From Spirogloea muscicola (Eukaryota): a DNA stretch of 64,000 bases. The notes beneath the pieces are model-generated. The model made no database searches. It had not been told where the DNA came from and was given only the letters and a program-made list of their open reading frames with translations. Every line of letters begins with the position of its first letter. The stretch's first letter is position 1. Where the stretch lies: assembly GCA_009602725.1 (NCBI GenBank), contig WELB01000003.1, positions 475,457-539,456 of the forward strand, written 5' to 3'. The position numbers and the translations under genes were made by a program. This document shows, in pieces, positions 14,212 to 27,789 of the stretch.

Positions 14212-17200
14212 CTAGAAGTAGCTGGACTGGTTGTGCAACAACTCCAAGTGGGCCAGGATCTTAGCTGCAACCGGCTTGGTCACGGTGGTGCCTCGCTGTG
14301 TCGTGTCTATGAGAGCCATCTGGGCCTTCTGACCATACTCAAACTTGTAGTCGTCAATGCGGAACATCTTCTCCAGCATCCACACGGCCTTCTCCTTGGC
14401 CCCAGGTGTGCCTGTAGTCAGTAGCTGCACCACCTGCAAAGCGCTCATGCACGGGATGTCAGCCTCGCATGCTTGCATCGTCGCTCTCAGCATGCAGATG
14501 TCACCAGCCCCTTGCAAGCCACAACCTAGCCTGCAATCGTGTCAAGAAGTATCACACGCACTTGCAAATGTAGCACGTCAGTTGTGCCCTGTTTACTTAT
14601 CAACACATGCGAGCTTGAGACCTAAACTAGTAATGTAGATGGTAATGTCCTCCTGCCATCTGCTGATACGTCCAACAAGCTGCATAAAGCCAGGAGATTA
14701 GTAGCAATCCAACTTATACAGAGACGGGTAGGTTAAGCTCAATGGCAGCACGTGTACCTGCAAGAAGCCTCCAACACGAGCAATCTCGTGCACCCCTTGC
14801 TCCCAGTTGCAGCTCTCGCTGAGAAGCGTGCTGAGAGCTCTAAGAGCAGCCTCAGCAGTGTGTGGATCCCTGTCCTCAAGGGCAGCAACAAGAGGAGGAA
14901 TGGCCTCCGCTTCCAGCAAGCAGAAAGTGGTCTTGACATCGCACTTCCCACCGTGGACGACACAGCTGACGGTTGGGGGAGGAGAGAAGCAGCAGCCACC
15001 TTTGGTCTTGGCTGGAACACTGAGGCGAGGGGTGCTCTCGGAAAGGTTGCCTAGGCAGATTGATGCGTAACGCCTCGCAGCTGACGAGGCGGATGACAGG
15101 ACCTGTACAGCGAGGATTGCTGTGTCACACTATGGTCTCATCAAAGTAGCACGAACAGCTAGCAGCTGCCACTTCTCTCTTGCGAACATGATGATCTGCC
15201 CAAAATTAGCAGGTGGCCTTGGAGCACAGAACAGCCATAGCTAGAAAAGCTAGACGACGTCAGAAACCTTGTATTTGCAGATCAACAAGCCGTTACAGAG
15301 CTGTCACCTGCACGAGGAGGGGGATGGCGTTAAGATCGGCAACCACTTGCTGCATCTTAGGGGCTGTTGCCAGAGTGAACCGGACCAATGCCGAGGCCCC
15401 GGCTTCAGGGACACTGGCACGAGCCAGCCGGCTGACCTGGGTTGCAGGAGTCCTGGCAGAGCGCGTGTTCAGCATGGCCACAATCATGGGCAAGGCTTCG
15501 CTGCGGTAAAGCAGCGTCGTCAGGCTTGAATCATCTGCCGGCAAGGCCCCAATTACCCCTGCTGCCGCAGCCCGGTCCTCGTCGCTCCGGCTATCCGGCA
15601 GCAGCCTCACAAGGGCCTTGAGGGGGTTGCCGTTGCCCTCCCCCAGGTGGTCAGCAACCTCCTTGCCAGCCCCGTCTTGGCAGAGTGCGCAGAGCAGCTG
15701 CGCTGCGTTCGTCCTCACGACCTGCTCGGAGCCTTCCAAGAAAGGGAGGAGGAGCTGGATGGCGCCCCCTGTGCGCATCTTGCTCCTCACTTCCTCTGCA
15801 GATGGCACGAGCGCCATGCCTAGCAGGACCCGAAGGAGGTGGCCCTGAATAACCGGCGATGCCAGATTGAGGAGGGAGAGGACCTGGTACGTTGTCTCCT
15901 CGCTCTCCAGGATGTTGCCGTCGCTGTCAATCTCCGTTGCCGCCTCTGTCCCGTTCATGGCGAGATTGGCCAGCGTCGCAGCGGCTCCCTCCTTCAAGGA
16001 CATCACCACCGAAGTGACAGAAAACAACAGCTGAAGGAGTGGCGGGATGACCCCTGCCCTGATCAGGAACTCCCTGTTCTCCGGCAGGTCCGAGAGGTTC
16101 TGCAGGGCTCCAAGAGCAGCCGCCTTGGCCTCAAGCTTCCCCTGTGCAATCATGCTCACGAGAGGAGGGATGGCTCCTTCATGCGCCAAAGCGCCCTTGC
16201 TTTGATCAGTCAATGACATGCGCGACAGCGCCGATGCCATGACGATCTTCGTCATATCTGAACCTGTAGTCACAGCGAGACAAGCGAAAGCAATCAGGCC
16301 AGCCCATTAGGCATGCGGGCACGCGATGGGATCCTGTTGTCCCCAAGTGATTCTTGATCCCATGCAAAACTAGACTGGCACATCGACAAAAAACAACCAG
16401 AATATTAAGCAGTGGCAATTACAACGCCAACATCCTTCTGAGGCACACAGTTATATCAGGCATAAATAAAACAAATTCACACTGTAGCACTCATAATGTG
16501 TTGAAGGCAGCAGATGCTTTGACCTTGATTGAGGCGGATAGCAAGGGGCTTGAAGTGGTTCGCCTCGGCCATTTGCACAACATTCTGGTCGTTGCTGGAG
16601 AGTCGCTCAAGCATGAGCCTTGCGTCCTGGACGGCGTTGGGGCTCTCTGAGCTGAGCATTGTGACCAGGAGTAAGATGCTCCCCTGTGCCTTGCCAATCT
16701 GTTCGCAGACCCGGGGGTTCTGCCCCAACTCGAGCAGAAGGGCCACTGCCTGCCTTCCTTCTCCCACATCTCTGGCCAGGGATCTGACTGCCGGAGCAAT
16801 GGCTCCTGCGTCCGCCATGAGCTCCTAAATGCACCGGCGACTTTGTCATCATGAAGAAGTTGCAGATAGGAATTCACCGAAGGACAGCAGTGTTTGACAG
16901 TCAAGAAAATACCTGATCAGCAGTTCTGCTTATCCCAGCTGCCATTAGCCAAGAGTTGTCGAGAGCGTTAGCTGCCAGTCTCACCCTGATCTCATCGTTG
17001 TCGCTGGCGAGGCTGCAGAGCGTGGCGAGAGTCTTGCGGCGAATGTTGCGGATTGTAGACTTGAGAAGGTCCACCAAAGGGGGAATAAGCCCCTCAGCTC
17101 TGATCCACTGCTGATGCAAGGGCTTCTCCTCGCACAGCTTGTAGAGCTCGAGCAAGGCTGACTCTATGTCTGCTTCGCTTGTGGACTTCAACTTTGGACC

Positions 17201-19401
17201 TTGGACCTGAACCCTTATCCTCGTGTTTCTGTCTCTCCACTCCTCAATGGCCCTTCTCAGACCTTCATTCGAGCGGATCTCCAGTGATGGTAGCTTCACA
17301 TTTGTGGTTGGGTCGGTCGTGTGGCCTTCTGTTCGACAGAACGACACAATGAGGCTGTATATGAGGCTGTGTCTTTATGTTAAGGCTTGAATTTGCTTAA
17401 AGCACTGTCTCTGCAATTAACCAAGGTAATGACTGCTGTGCACAACAGCACGCTACGCTTGCAGATAGATGGACTAGCAAGTCTTACTAAGTTGCAAATA
17501 TTCCAAGTCAACGACCATGACAGGCGCTGGCACAGCCCAACAATCGATCTCTTCACGTCTTTCAAGCCAAGTAGCTACATGTATGCACAGTCACATTTAC
17601 AAGACTCTAGACGTTGAGCAGTATTACCTGCAAACCACTGCTCGATGGCAGTGCGCTCATAAGTCTGGCCAGATGCAATGTCCACGGGGTCGTCCATGAC
17701 GTCCCTTGTGATGGGACAGTAGAATGTATGCATGGCAGGGAGGAGGCCCGTGGAGCCGCTGTGAGTCATACTCTGCTGGCTCATGCTTTTCTGCCGCCGC
17801 TTCCGGTGGTCCTTGTCCTGGTTACCAGGAGTCACCGCAGCGTCGGAGTGGTTCAGCAGCGCCAGCACCTGTTCTGCCTGCAGCACTTCAGCCTGGCGCT
17901 CACAGCCGAGTCAGCTAAGTCGCCGTCAAGGCAAGCAGCACTTGTGCAGGGGCAAGCATTTGTTCAAGGACTGCAACTTCAAAGGGCCTGCCCTAGGAAA
18001 GAGCAAAACCCATAGCAGAATATTCTGCGTTATGACCCGCTACTAGTTCCAATTCTAGAACCCTAGAACCCTGGCCATCGTGGTGCATACCGTGCTCTTA
18101 CGCAGCTGCGCCTCGTCCCTCTCCTTCTTGAGGTCCTCCAGCTCCTGACGGAGGGACAGGGGGTCCAAAGGCACCCCGACAGCTCTCGCCATCTGCGCCA
18201 GCAGGTCATTGGCGTAGTCGGTGTCGGTCCTCTGATCCTCTATACCCATCTGGATCTTGTCCGTGATTGCTTCCTCCTTTGCAGACACCTGCACCAGTCA
18301 ATAAGATGAGCATTGAGGCCGTTGACTGATCGGACTTCAGCTTGCATTGCCCCGCTTGCTGTCGGGTTCTGCATTCCAGAGGTTCAGGTTAAGACTTCCA
18401 ACAGGTACTAGAGCAGATTGTGGCGCACTAAAGGCAGCTACAGGGCAGATGCCTTGCAGACTAGGTTAGCATCCAGACTACAGATCAGCTAAAGTGTAGC
18501 ATTTCGCACTCACTTTAATATTAGCTGAGAGGGCGCAAAGCAGAAGCTGACGGAGTAGTGCATTGAATGGCAGATTTGAAGCTGGTCTGTACCTGATACT
18601 CAGCCAACTGCATCTCTTTGGCCAACAGCTGCGCCTGCTCAATAATCTCCGGCGACATATCCAGCATGGCCAGCGGGATGAGGCTGATGCAGCGCCCGAG
18701 CTCATGGGTGGACTTCTGTAGTAGGAAGTCAGAGTGCACGTGCTGTGAAGCATGTCGAGTACATACTCGCTGCTGCACCGTAAGGTGCACCATGAGGTGC
18801 TCTTGACAAGGCCTTTACTACCAATCTAAGCAACACCCTTGACCATGTTTGGAAGCCAGACGGTGTGCCCAGAAGCCGACCCTGCTGACCTGCATCTGCT
18901 TGACCAGCGATCGGCAATTGATGAGGAGGTAGAGGCGGCTGCGGGAGCTGCACTGCGTCACCAGCTCCCCCATCCTCCTCAGCTCCGCCTCCAGAGCATC
19001 TAGCGCCGACCTCAGCTGTGCCGAGCCCTTGACGCTGCGCGCAGACAGCTCCTGGAAGATGGTCTTGAGCTTCTGCAGATGCTTCCCGACCTCGGCGAAG
19101 CTCTCCTTCTCAATGAGGACATCTTTGGCAGCGAACGCTGTCTCGGCGACCTGCATGGACAACATGGATGCAAGGGCGAGTGTCAAGCCAGACAGCACCA
19201 CGAGGGCCAAGCGCCATAATGAAGATGGATGACCAAAGGGAAGAAACGAGAGCCGCCTCGGACTGGACCTTCGCTTTAGAGGCAAGAGTGCGCGGGCAGG
19301 ACCTGGGTGGTGAGGCTGGCGAGCAGGTCGGGGAGCGGGGCTACGGCATCGCCCGCGGGGCCGAGGCCCCCGCCCGCCCCGCCTCCGCTGCGGAAGCTCA
19401 T
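14212..19401 (-). CDS. U-box/ARM-repeat E3 ligase #1 (long PUB43/44-SAUL1-like, with N-terminal helical UND domain)
   Basis: N-terminal [14 protein letters not shown]...[18 protein letters not shown]-box [31 protein letters not shown]...DPTT, many ARM repeats, and C-terminal [18 protein letters not shown]. The start ATG at 19401 is tentative because it lies next to a gap. Confidence 0.92.
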
Positions 19402-20604
19402 CGCTGGCAACCCTCCGGGCCGGTCAACGGCGCCGTCGCCGCGGCGCGGGCCGCCCGCCACTCATGGCCGGCGGCGCCGGGAGCCNNNNNNNNNNNNNNN
19501 NNNNNNNNNNNNNNNNNNNNNNNNNNNNNNNNNNNNNNNNNNNNNNNNNNNNNNNNNNNNNNNNNNNNNNNNNNNNNNNNNNNNNNNNNNNNNNNNNNNN
19601 NNNNNNNNNNNNNNNNNNNNNNNNNNNNNNNNNNNNNNNNNNNNNNNNNNNNNNNNNNNNNNNNNNNNNNNNNNNNNNNNNNNNNNNNNNNNNNNNNNNN
19701 NNNNNNNNNNNNNNNNNNNNNNNNNNNNNNNNNNNNNNNNNNNNNNNNNNNNNNNNNNNNNNNNNNNNNNNNNNNNNNNNNNNNNNNNNNNNNNNNNNNN
19801 NNNNNNNNNNNNNNNNNNNNNNNNNNNNNNNNNNNNNNNNNNNNNNNNNNNNNNNNNNNNNNNNNNNNNNNNNNNNNNNNNNNNNNNNNNNNNNNNNNNN
19901 NNNNNNNNNNNNNNNNNNNNNNNNNNNNNNNNNNNNNNNNNNNNNNNNNNNNNNNNNNNNNNNNNNNNNNNNNNNNNNNNNNNNNNNNNNNNNNNNNNNN
20001 NNNNNNNNNNNNNNNNNNNNNNNNNNNNNNNNNNNNNNNNNNNNNNNNNNNNNNNNNNNNNNNNNNNNNNNNNNNNNNNNNNNNNNNNNNNNNNNNNCGC
20101 GACGGCCTGCCGCCTGCGCCTGCGCGTACGCGCGCGCCACTGCCGCCGCCGCCGCTCCCGCCGCCGGCCCGCCGATCTGCGAGCGAGTTGGCGGGCGACG
20201 AGCTCGGATCGCTAGCCCAGCTCGGCTCTCCGGCCGTCGTCATCGCCACTTGGGTTGCCGTCGTGGCGGCGGTCAATTTATCGAGTCACTCGTCCGGGTG
20301 GCGGCTTATGGCAGGTCCGGCGGCAGAGCGCGGCTGGTGGTGCAGGGCCCGTTGCCGCGATCGCGAGCGAGCCCTCCTCGGCTGCTGGCACGGTTCGGCC
20401 TGCTCCCCACTCTGCATTATCATCATAGCAAATTGGGTTGTTGCCAGCACGGTCGTTACGACCGCGGCTGCCGCTGTGAGGGTCGAGCAACACCGTAGAA
20501 GGTGCTTGGGACAGGACAGCTACAGGGGGTGCTAGCCTCCCAAGGCGAGATCAGTGCTCTGTCTGTGCACGCAGCGGCCACTGATTCCCGGCTCTGTTCT
20601 GGCA

Positions 20605-22046
20605 GGAAATTGGGCAACCGGAGCCTGCCTTGGATCCGCAGGCGTTTCGTTCGTTGCTGCCTCCATTCTTCCGCAGAGCAACCATTATCGAGCAAGTAGC
20701 CGACAACGTGTGGACATTTACACAGCCTCTACCGTTTGTTATAGTGGACGTCAGTAAGGGCTTGCCCTGGGTGCGGAACACCTTCAACTGCAGATCGACC
20801 AACGCAGCCAGCTCCAAGTTCCCTCATCAACTGCAGACGCTATGGAGCACGACTAAGCAACTAGCACAGAACGATGATGTAACAACCAGAGTCCAACACT
20901 GCAGTCGCCAGATTGTGGAAGCTCAGTTTATTCACGTCCTCAACTGACGACACCTCTGTTACCCGCTATGCCCAGAGCTTCGGATGACAGTCGTGAAGCT
21001 GGACGATGGGACCCTGTGGCTCCACTCGCCTGTAGCTTTGACTGGCGAGGTTTTGGCTGCTCTTATGACCCTCGGAGGACCAGTTGGGCACATTGTTTCT
21101 GGCAATAATTTCTTGGAGCACAGTATCTTCGCCAGCAGCTATGCAAAGGCATTCCCAGGAGCGCTCCTATACTCCGCTGTGCCCTTGGAGAAGCTGCACT
21201 CCCGAGTCAGGAAAGGCCTGGCAAGGGTTGACGAAGTGCTTTCGGATAAGCCCCCCCCTGCATGGGAAGGCCAGATTGACCAGGTTGACCACAAGCGCCC
21301 ACTGCTTTTGCTGTCTCTTCACTACAATGACTTTCCTTCTGACAGATGAGCAGCAGTGTCAAGTGGTGTTGAGTGAGTGTGGAACACTTTTGATAGCTAG
21401 ATTGCAGTTGCGGTATGCTGTGACATCACAATCAGACACTAGTGCACTGATGCAGAGGCATTGGCCCTCCTCGACCCTTGCTGACCTGGCATGCAAGTCC
21501 TCGCAGGTGCACTTCAACATCGATAATACGCTTATAGAGTGCGTGTTTTACCACAAGATGAGTAAGACGCTCCTGGCTTCAGACTCACTTCTCTACTTTG
21601 ACGACGTTGACCTCCTGTAAGTCATTGTCTCGACCTGTTTGATGTTGTGTAAGCGTTTAAGTCATGTCTTCTCAAGCACAATGCACAGTCACCCTGACAA
21701 TTTAACGAGGCAATGGCCATGTGGAGTCTTTGCTCGCGTCCCTGCAAGCCTTTACTTGTACTTCTGGGAGTGTTCTGAATCTGCAGTGTTCTTTTCTCCG
21801 TGCATCAGGTCCAGGGGCAGCAGGCAGTTGATCAGACTCTCTGGTCTGTATAAGCAGTTCGGATCGGCTCTTCCTATGGCTGTCAGGTCAAAAAAGAAAG
21901 CTTTGAAGCCAGTCGTTAGCAAGATACTGGGAAAACTGGAGGCCTGGGACTTTGACAAAGTCGTGGCTGCTCACGGTTCTGCTCCTGTTCGAGATGGCAA
22001 AAGTGTCCTGTGGAAGAGCTTTGACATGCCTCAACCTCTTTATTGA
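20605..22046 (+). CDS. DUF4336 family protein (metallo-hydrolase-like fold); 5' exons unresolved
   Basis: Exons read QVADNVWTFTQPL|RMTVVKLDDGTLWLHSPVALT...GPVGHIVS..NFLEH..F|ECVFYHKMSKTLLASDSL|...WDFDKVVAAHG, the typical DUF4336 motif series. Confidence 0.8.
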
Positions 22047-22420
22047 GGGCAGGGGTGACAGTACATCAGTGCTGCAGCAGCATCACTATAGGTGGGCGTG
22101 CAGCCCGAGTCTCAGTTGTCCAACTGCGTTCGGACTATTAGCAAGGTACCTGAAATAGTTAGCTAACACCCAGCTTCAGGGAGGGTCTCGACACAGAGGG
22201 AAAGGATGTGAAACGTCTATCTGCTCTATGCAGAAGTTTGAAAGTACAATAATGTGATGGAGTGCAAGCTAGCAACCCAATTCCAAATTCTAACATCCGA
22301 GCTCGCCGGCACCATGAGATACTGTGCACAGGGCCTCGATCAGTTAAGAGTCTCTATTCTGCAAATTCCAGCTGCAAATCGAGCTGGCACCCAGTCTGAC
22401 AGGCACGTCACAATATCACC

Positions 22421-25400
22421 TCAGAAGAATGACGAGTCCCCCTTCAAGAGGCCCAACTGAACGATGACCCTGGCAGCCTTCTTCTTGACGGCGGCCGACT
22501 CGCTCTGCTGAGCACTTTCGACCAGGGGCAACCTGACAGTCTCAAGATAGAGGTCCCGGAAGACGGCAAGCTCGAAGAGCAGGCTCAGGAAGGTGATGGC
22601 TTCGCTCTGTGCCATAGTTGTCCCCTTCACGAGTAGATTGATCACTGGCCTACAGGCGGGACAGTCAGAGAGTCTGATCAGACAAGATTTGTACTAGTAT
22701 CCAAGCGCTGGGAGTTTGAGCATTAAAGCCCCTTGTGACTAACCTCCGGCTGCACTGCCCACGTTTCAGTGCTTGGATGCAGGTACCTACCATCTTTTAT
22801 TTGTCCATGAGCACCAGATTTCTTACCCCTATTGCTCAAGAATATGAAGTCACACAACTATACTTGATGGAAATAGGGTATGACATACTTGATGGCAGCG
22901 AGCTCGTGCAAGCACTTTGCAGCCCTGTCTCTCCATTGCTCGCCAATGAGAAGCGATGTGAAGGCCACCACTGCCGCCTCCACGCCTGGAGCCTGCCAAT
23001 GCCACCGACTCAGCAGCTTGTTGTTATCACAAGTAAGGCTGAATACTTGAGACCCAACTTCTACCACGTTAGAGTGGCAGCTGAGCTGATCACAGAGCTG
23101 TTCATGAAGCTTGCTAGAAGCAGCCATGGACCAAGGGTTTGCACAATTGCAGCTACACAGAAGCTGGTGGTGATCTATATTATTTCAGAGAATGTGTGGT
23201 AGCGTATATAGCAGGGGACCATTATCATGACAGCAGCCAACATTGACAGACATTTGTGTCAGATAGCAGCGTAACCTGCGGTTCCTCGCGGAGGAGGGCG
23301 GCCAGGCCAGGCAGAGCGTCCGCCTGGACCAGGCAGAACGTCGCCTGCTCGCTACATGGAACCCTGTGGACATGGCAAAGGTATTCCTGAGCTTGGCTCT
23401 GGCTGCTACCAAAGCAGCTGCAACTCCTGTCGGCCTTCCTGGGCGCCGGCTGGAGAGCCACCAGCTTCCCTGTGCTGCTGGCGAGGTTGGCGAGGGCCCT
23501 GGCAGCTGCAACTCGGGCCGCGGCCGAGGCGGTCGACGTCCCAAGCGGCCCTCCCAGGAGGTCGACAAGAAGCGGGATGGCTCCCCCATGAACCGCCTGC
23601 TGCTGCACCTCCAAGTGCGGTGGCCTCGTGAAGCGGGCCAGCGCTTGGGCGGCCCGCTCCTTGGCGCCACCGCTCCTCGTGCGGCGCAGCTCTCCGAGGA
23701 TCGCAGCTAGCGCCCCCTGCTCCAGCAGCTCTCGCAGTAGCAGCTCGTCGTCTTCGGGAAGCGTCGCGACGATGCCCATCGCTGCAACTGCCACCTCCTC
23801 CGGATGGGACCCACTCATGAGGTGAACGAGCGTGCCCACCATTTTCTCCTTCTGCACAAACATGAAGTGAATTGCGTTCTTGCTCTGCATTCACTGTTGC
23901 TCTTAGATGGATGCAGGACGACACTCGCCCTCATAATTGGTAAATAACATGCTCAATACAAGAGAGACCTGTCCCCAGGCAAAGACTCCTCGGCTGTGCC
24001 AGTATCTACCGCACAAAGCAAGGGACGAGGCGGCGGCAGCTGCAGAAAGAAAAGTCTACCTTGAGCGACTCTGCAATCTCCGGACCCCCATCCTGTGAAA
24101 GTCGATAGAGAAGCCTCGCAACGCCTCCTTGGATGTTGCCCGTTGTGACCAGCAGCAATGGCATGAGTGCTGGGACAGCGCCCTGCTGCCGCATGCCAGC
24201 CCTTGCCACCTCGCCTTTGCCGCCGCTCGCCAGCCTCTCCAGCACGCAGAGGATGTTGGCCCTGACCTGCCTGGCCTCACAAAAGCGAGTCAGTGACACG
24301 TACGAGCCGCACGTTGTTGAGCAAGCACTGACAGCCGCAACAGGACATGGCTAATGTGAGTAGAATTGGTTACGTGGAGACAGTCTGCTTGACCAGCCCG
24401 AGGAGCTCTTGCATCCTGTCAAACAGCACTTCCGCGCCCTTCACATGGACTGCAATGCCCTGCAGGGAGCTAATAATGCAGAGTCAGGCTGTGCTTGCCA
24501 CGTACAGCCACTGCCCCCTTTGCAAAATCCAAAATCCTTAACTCTTGAGGACCACAAGCACAGGCCAGAGGTTGTTCTTGGCTAAATCTAGGCCCGCGAC
24601 TGAGATCAGCTTGTGCAGCCGCAACACTTCAAGAAGGCATGCAGATCATGAAAGAATGTCTAGTCTAAGACGCGCTGAACTCACCGAGCTGCTCTCGTCA
24701 GTGATGATATTGGCCAGCAGCGCCGAGGAGGCCTCCTTGACTGCCAGCGAGCTCCTCACCGAGAAGAGCTGCTGCAGCACGATGGGCATGGCCCCCGCTT
24801 CGACAATTGCCTGGCTGCCCGCTGGAAGGGCCGCGAGCTGTAGCAGCGCATGCAGGTTGGCACTGACTGCGGCTGGCGTCCCTGTGGACATCATGGCCAC
24901 CAGGGCCGGGACGGTACCCGCGTCCACAAGCTCCGCCCGGCTCTGGTTGGTAAGCTCCATGTCGCCCAGGGCTAGAGCCAGGTTCAGCTTTGACTGCTCT
25001 GAGCCTGCACCGCGAGGGCCTTGAGTCATGATCTGAGCTCTGGAACTGCACATTAGGCCCCTCACTTTCTAGTAGCCTCTGTGCACAGCTTTCATGTCCT
25101 GCACTTCCTAAGTAGCAACAGTCACTGGCTGCCTTGACATGTGCAGAAAGAGCATTGGGTTATTCTAACGTGCAGCTGTGCTAGCATGAATGAGCTGTTG
25201 ATTTACAAAGGTGCAGCTTAGGAGGCATGCCTGAGAGGAGCCGAGCTGCATAGGGCTGGAACATGTTGGCAGCAGCCATCTGCAGGACATTGTCGTCCGT
25301 CACCGCCAGCCGCGACAGCAGCTCCGCAGCTCCCGCAATCGCCACTGCGTCGTCACCGTTCCGCAGTGTGACCAGGAGCAGCACGGCGCCCTTCTCGCGG

Positions 25401-27788
25401 CCCACCGCGTCGCAGGCTGCCCTGCTGCTGGACAACTCGAGCAGCAGCGCCATGGCAGCCTCTGCGAGTTGCCCGCCACGCGCCAGGCACTTGACCACCT
25501 CCCGTACACCGCCCACCTCCACCACCTCATCCTGCCCAAGAAGGACTCCTTGACTTCAGATGTCATGCTGCAGCGTCGATCCCTCAGCCTGCCCTATCCA
25601 GGAGTTGATCAACGTGAGTAGCACATGACATGCGAGCTGATGCACGTACACTCATGCAAAAAGAATACCAATTGCTGTAGTAACACACAAAGTCATGATT
25701 GTCCCTGTTAAATCACACATACCCAGTCATTTGATCTGTGGCGGTAATGAGGAACCACATACCACAACCTTAGCCTATGTGGAGACAGGCATGCTTGAAG
25801 AATGCCAACCTTGACTTTGCTGCTATTCTCCAGCAGTGCGAGGAGCGTAGCCAGGCACCCGGCCTTCACCTCCGCCAGAGGCGTGGCCCTCAGGGTATGC
25901 ACAATGTCGCCGATAAGACCCTCAGCCAAGATGCGGGCTTTGTATGTGTCTTTGCTTGCAGCCAGCCTGCCGTCATGGATGCCATCCACATCGTGCTATC
26001 AGCACCACAGCAGATTACAACCCATCACAAGGTGTGTTGTAGCAAGACTGTCAGACGGGACAAAATGCAGCATGCAACCAGGGTTGATGGATGATAAGAC
26101 AAAAGCTTCACGTAGTGTGTCAGAGCTTTGGTCTAATCCTAAAGAGGACAACAAAGAGGTAAAGCAGACCATGAGTGTCGGGGTTACGAGCCTTGTGAGC
26201 TCGTTGAGTGCAGACAGTAGCTGGGTCTCTGTGGCAATTGCCGAGCGAATGGCCGACCGCGAAGCGCCAATTGCCTCAAAGGCACAGTGGTCGCGCCACT
26301 CCTCGATCGAGCACCGAAGATCGTCATGGGGCCGCAGTTCCAGGTCAGGCAGGCGCTGGTGCAGAATTGGGTCCCGCTGGTTGCCTGCCGCCAGCCACGC
26401 CTCGATCGGCTCACGTTCATAAGTGTGCCCCAGCGCTGTCTGGCACAGGAGCAAGCAATGTCTCGTCTGTGTGAACTCAAAGTTTGAAGTGTACTTTGGG
26501 GCTTAAAGGTCCGCTTCAGTTTGCAATCCTTAAAGCATAAACCCTGCACTACAAGTGCCTGTCTGAAGCAAGTATTAGTTGTTAACCTCATTAGATTAGT
26601 CCATTCTGCAATTCAGATTTATAACTGCTGTTAGGCCACCTTCACCTGCACAGGGTCGCTCATGATCTGGTGCGTGAGAGGGCAGATGAAAGCCGGCAAC
26701 GGGTCCTTCCCAGGAGTGCGCCGGCTGCGATTGCCGCTTTTGCCACCGCCTCCTCCGCCGGCACGCAGTAAAGATGTGCTACCTGCAGCACTGTCCTTGC
26801 TGGAGGGCTTGCCACTGCTTGTCGACGCAGCAGCTCGGCGGGTCACATTGTCCTCCCGGGAGAGAGCAGCACCAGCTGTCAAGGCTCCCTCGGCACGCTG
26901 CAGCAGCTCCAAGATGCGCCCCAGGAGCGCCGCCTCATTACCATCACCGCGCACATCGACCGCCAGCTTCTCCCGCCTGCCCGATGCATTTGCAGCTGGA
27001 CCTCAGGAGTGACAACTAGCGACGCTTCGCTGTCACTCGCCATGTCCAGCGAGCTAAGCAGCTACGTCAGCTGTTATACTTGACTGCAACAGACCTGACG
27101 GCAGCGATCTCGTCCCTAAGGGCCGCTGGCTCCATGGGCAGGCCAGCCACGCCGGCAACCTCCCGAAGCTGGTCGTCGGCGAGCCCCGCTTCTGGCGCAA
27201 GAGCCTCCAGCGCAGCCTCCAGGAGCCTGTCTGCCGCCTGCGCTTCGACTTCGGTGGCCTGCAGCCCAAGCTCCGCCAAGGACTCACGTCAGCATCAGAC
27301 CCTGTCGTTGGATTTCTTCTGGGAGAACCCCGCGGTCAGAGGGCGAGCCCTCCGAGGGCTGCGGCGCCATCTATGGCGGCTATTGGCGCACGCGACGCCG
27401 CCTGACCTGGAAGGTGGCGTGCCTCATATCAGCCTGCAGCCGCAGCACGTCGTCCTGCTCCTGCGCTGTGAGCTGTATGCATGCAGCGAAGCCGTCAGGA
27501 GGCGGCCACTTTCCCGGCGTCAGGCCCCGAGCGCAACAATTCTGGCCCAGGGCAGATTCTGCACCGCGATGACGCCAGGAGCACGGCAAGCGAGGGCCGG
27601 CCCCGCCGCCAGGCACGGACCTCGGTGGCGGCCAGCGGCAGCATCTGGAGCGAGCACCCGATCTCCCGAGCGCACGTCTGGACCTCGGCCTCGGTGGCGC
27701 GGCACCGCAGGAGCAGCACCAGCTTGGCGGCGCCGCGCGCGGCCTCCGCGGCGGCGTGGACGCGCGCCAGCTCCCTCTGCGCGCGCGT
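22421..27788 (-). CDS. U-box/ARM-repeat E3 ligase #2 (divergent paralog of #1); 5' end interrupted at single-N join
   Basis: KLVLLLRCRA..EVQTCAREIG (UND domain), U-box FICPLTHQIMSDPVQ|TALGHTYEREPIEAWL..G...DP, ARM repeats, CHVHRVPCSEQATFCLVQA and C-terminal LLKGDSSFF*. Colinear with gene #1. Confidence 0.88.
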
Positions 27789-27789
27789 N

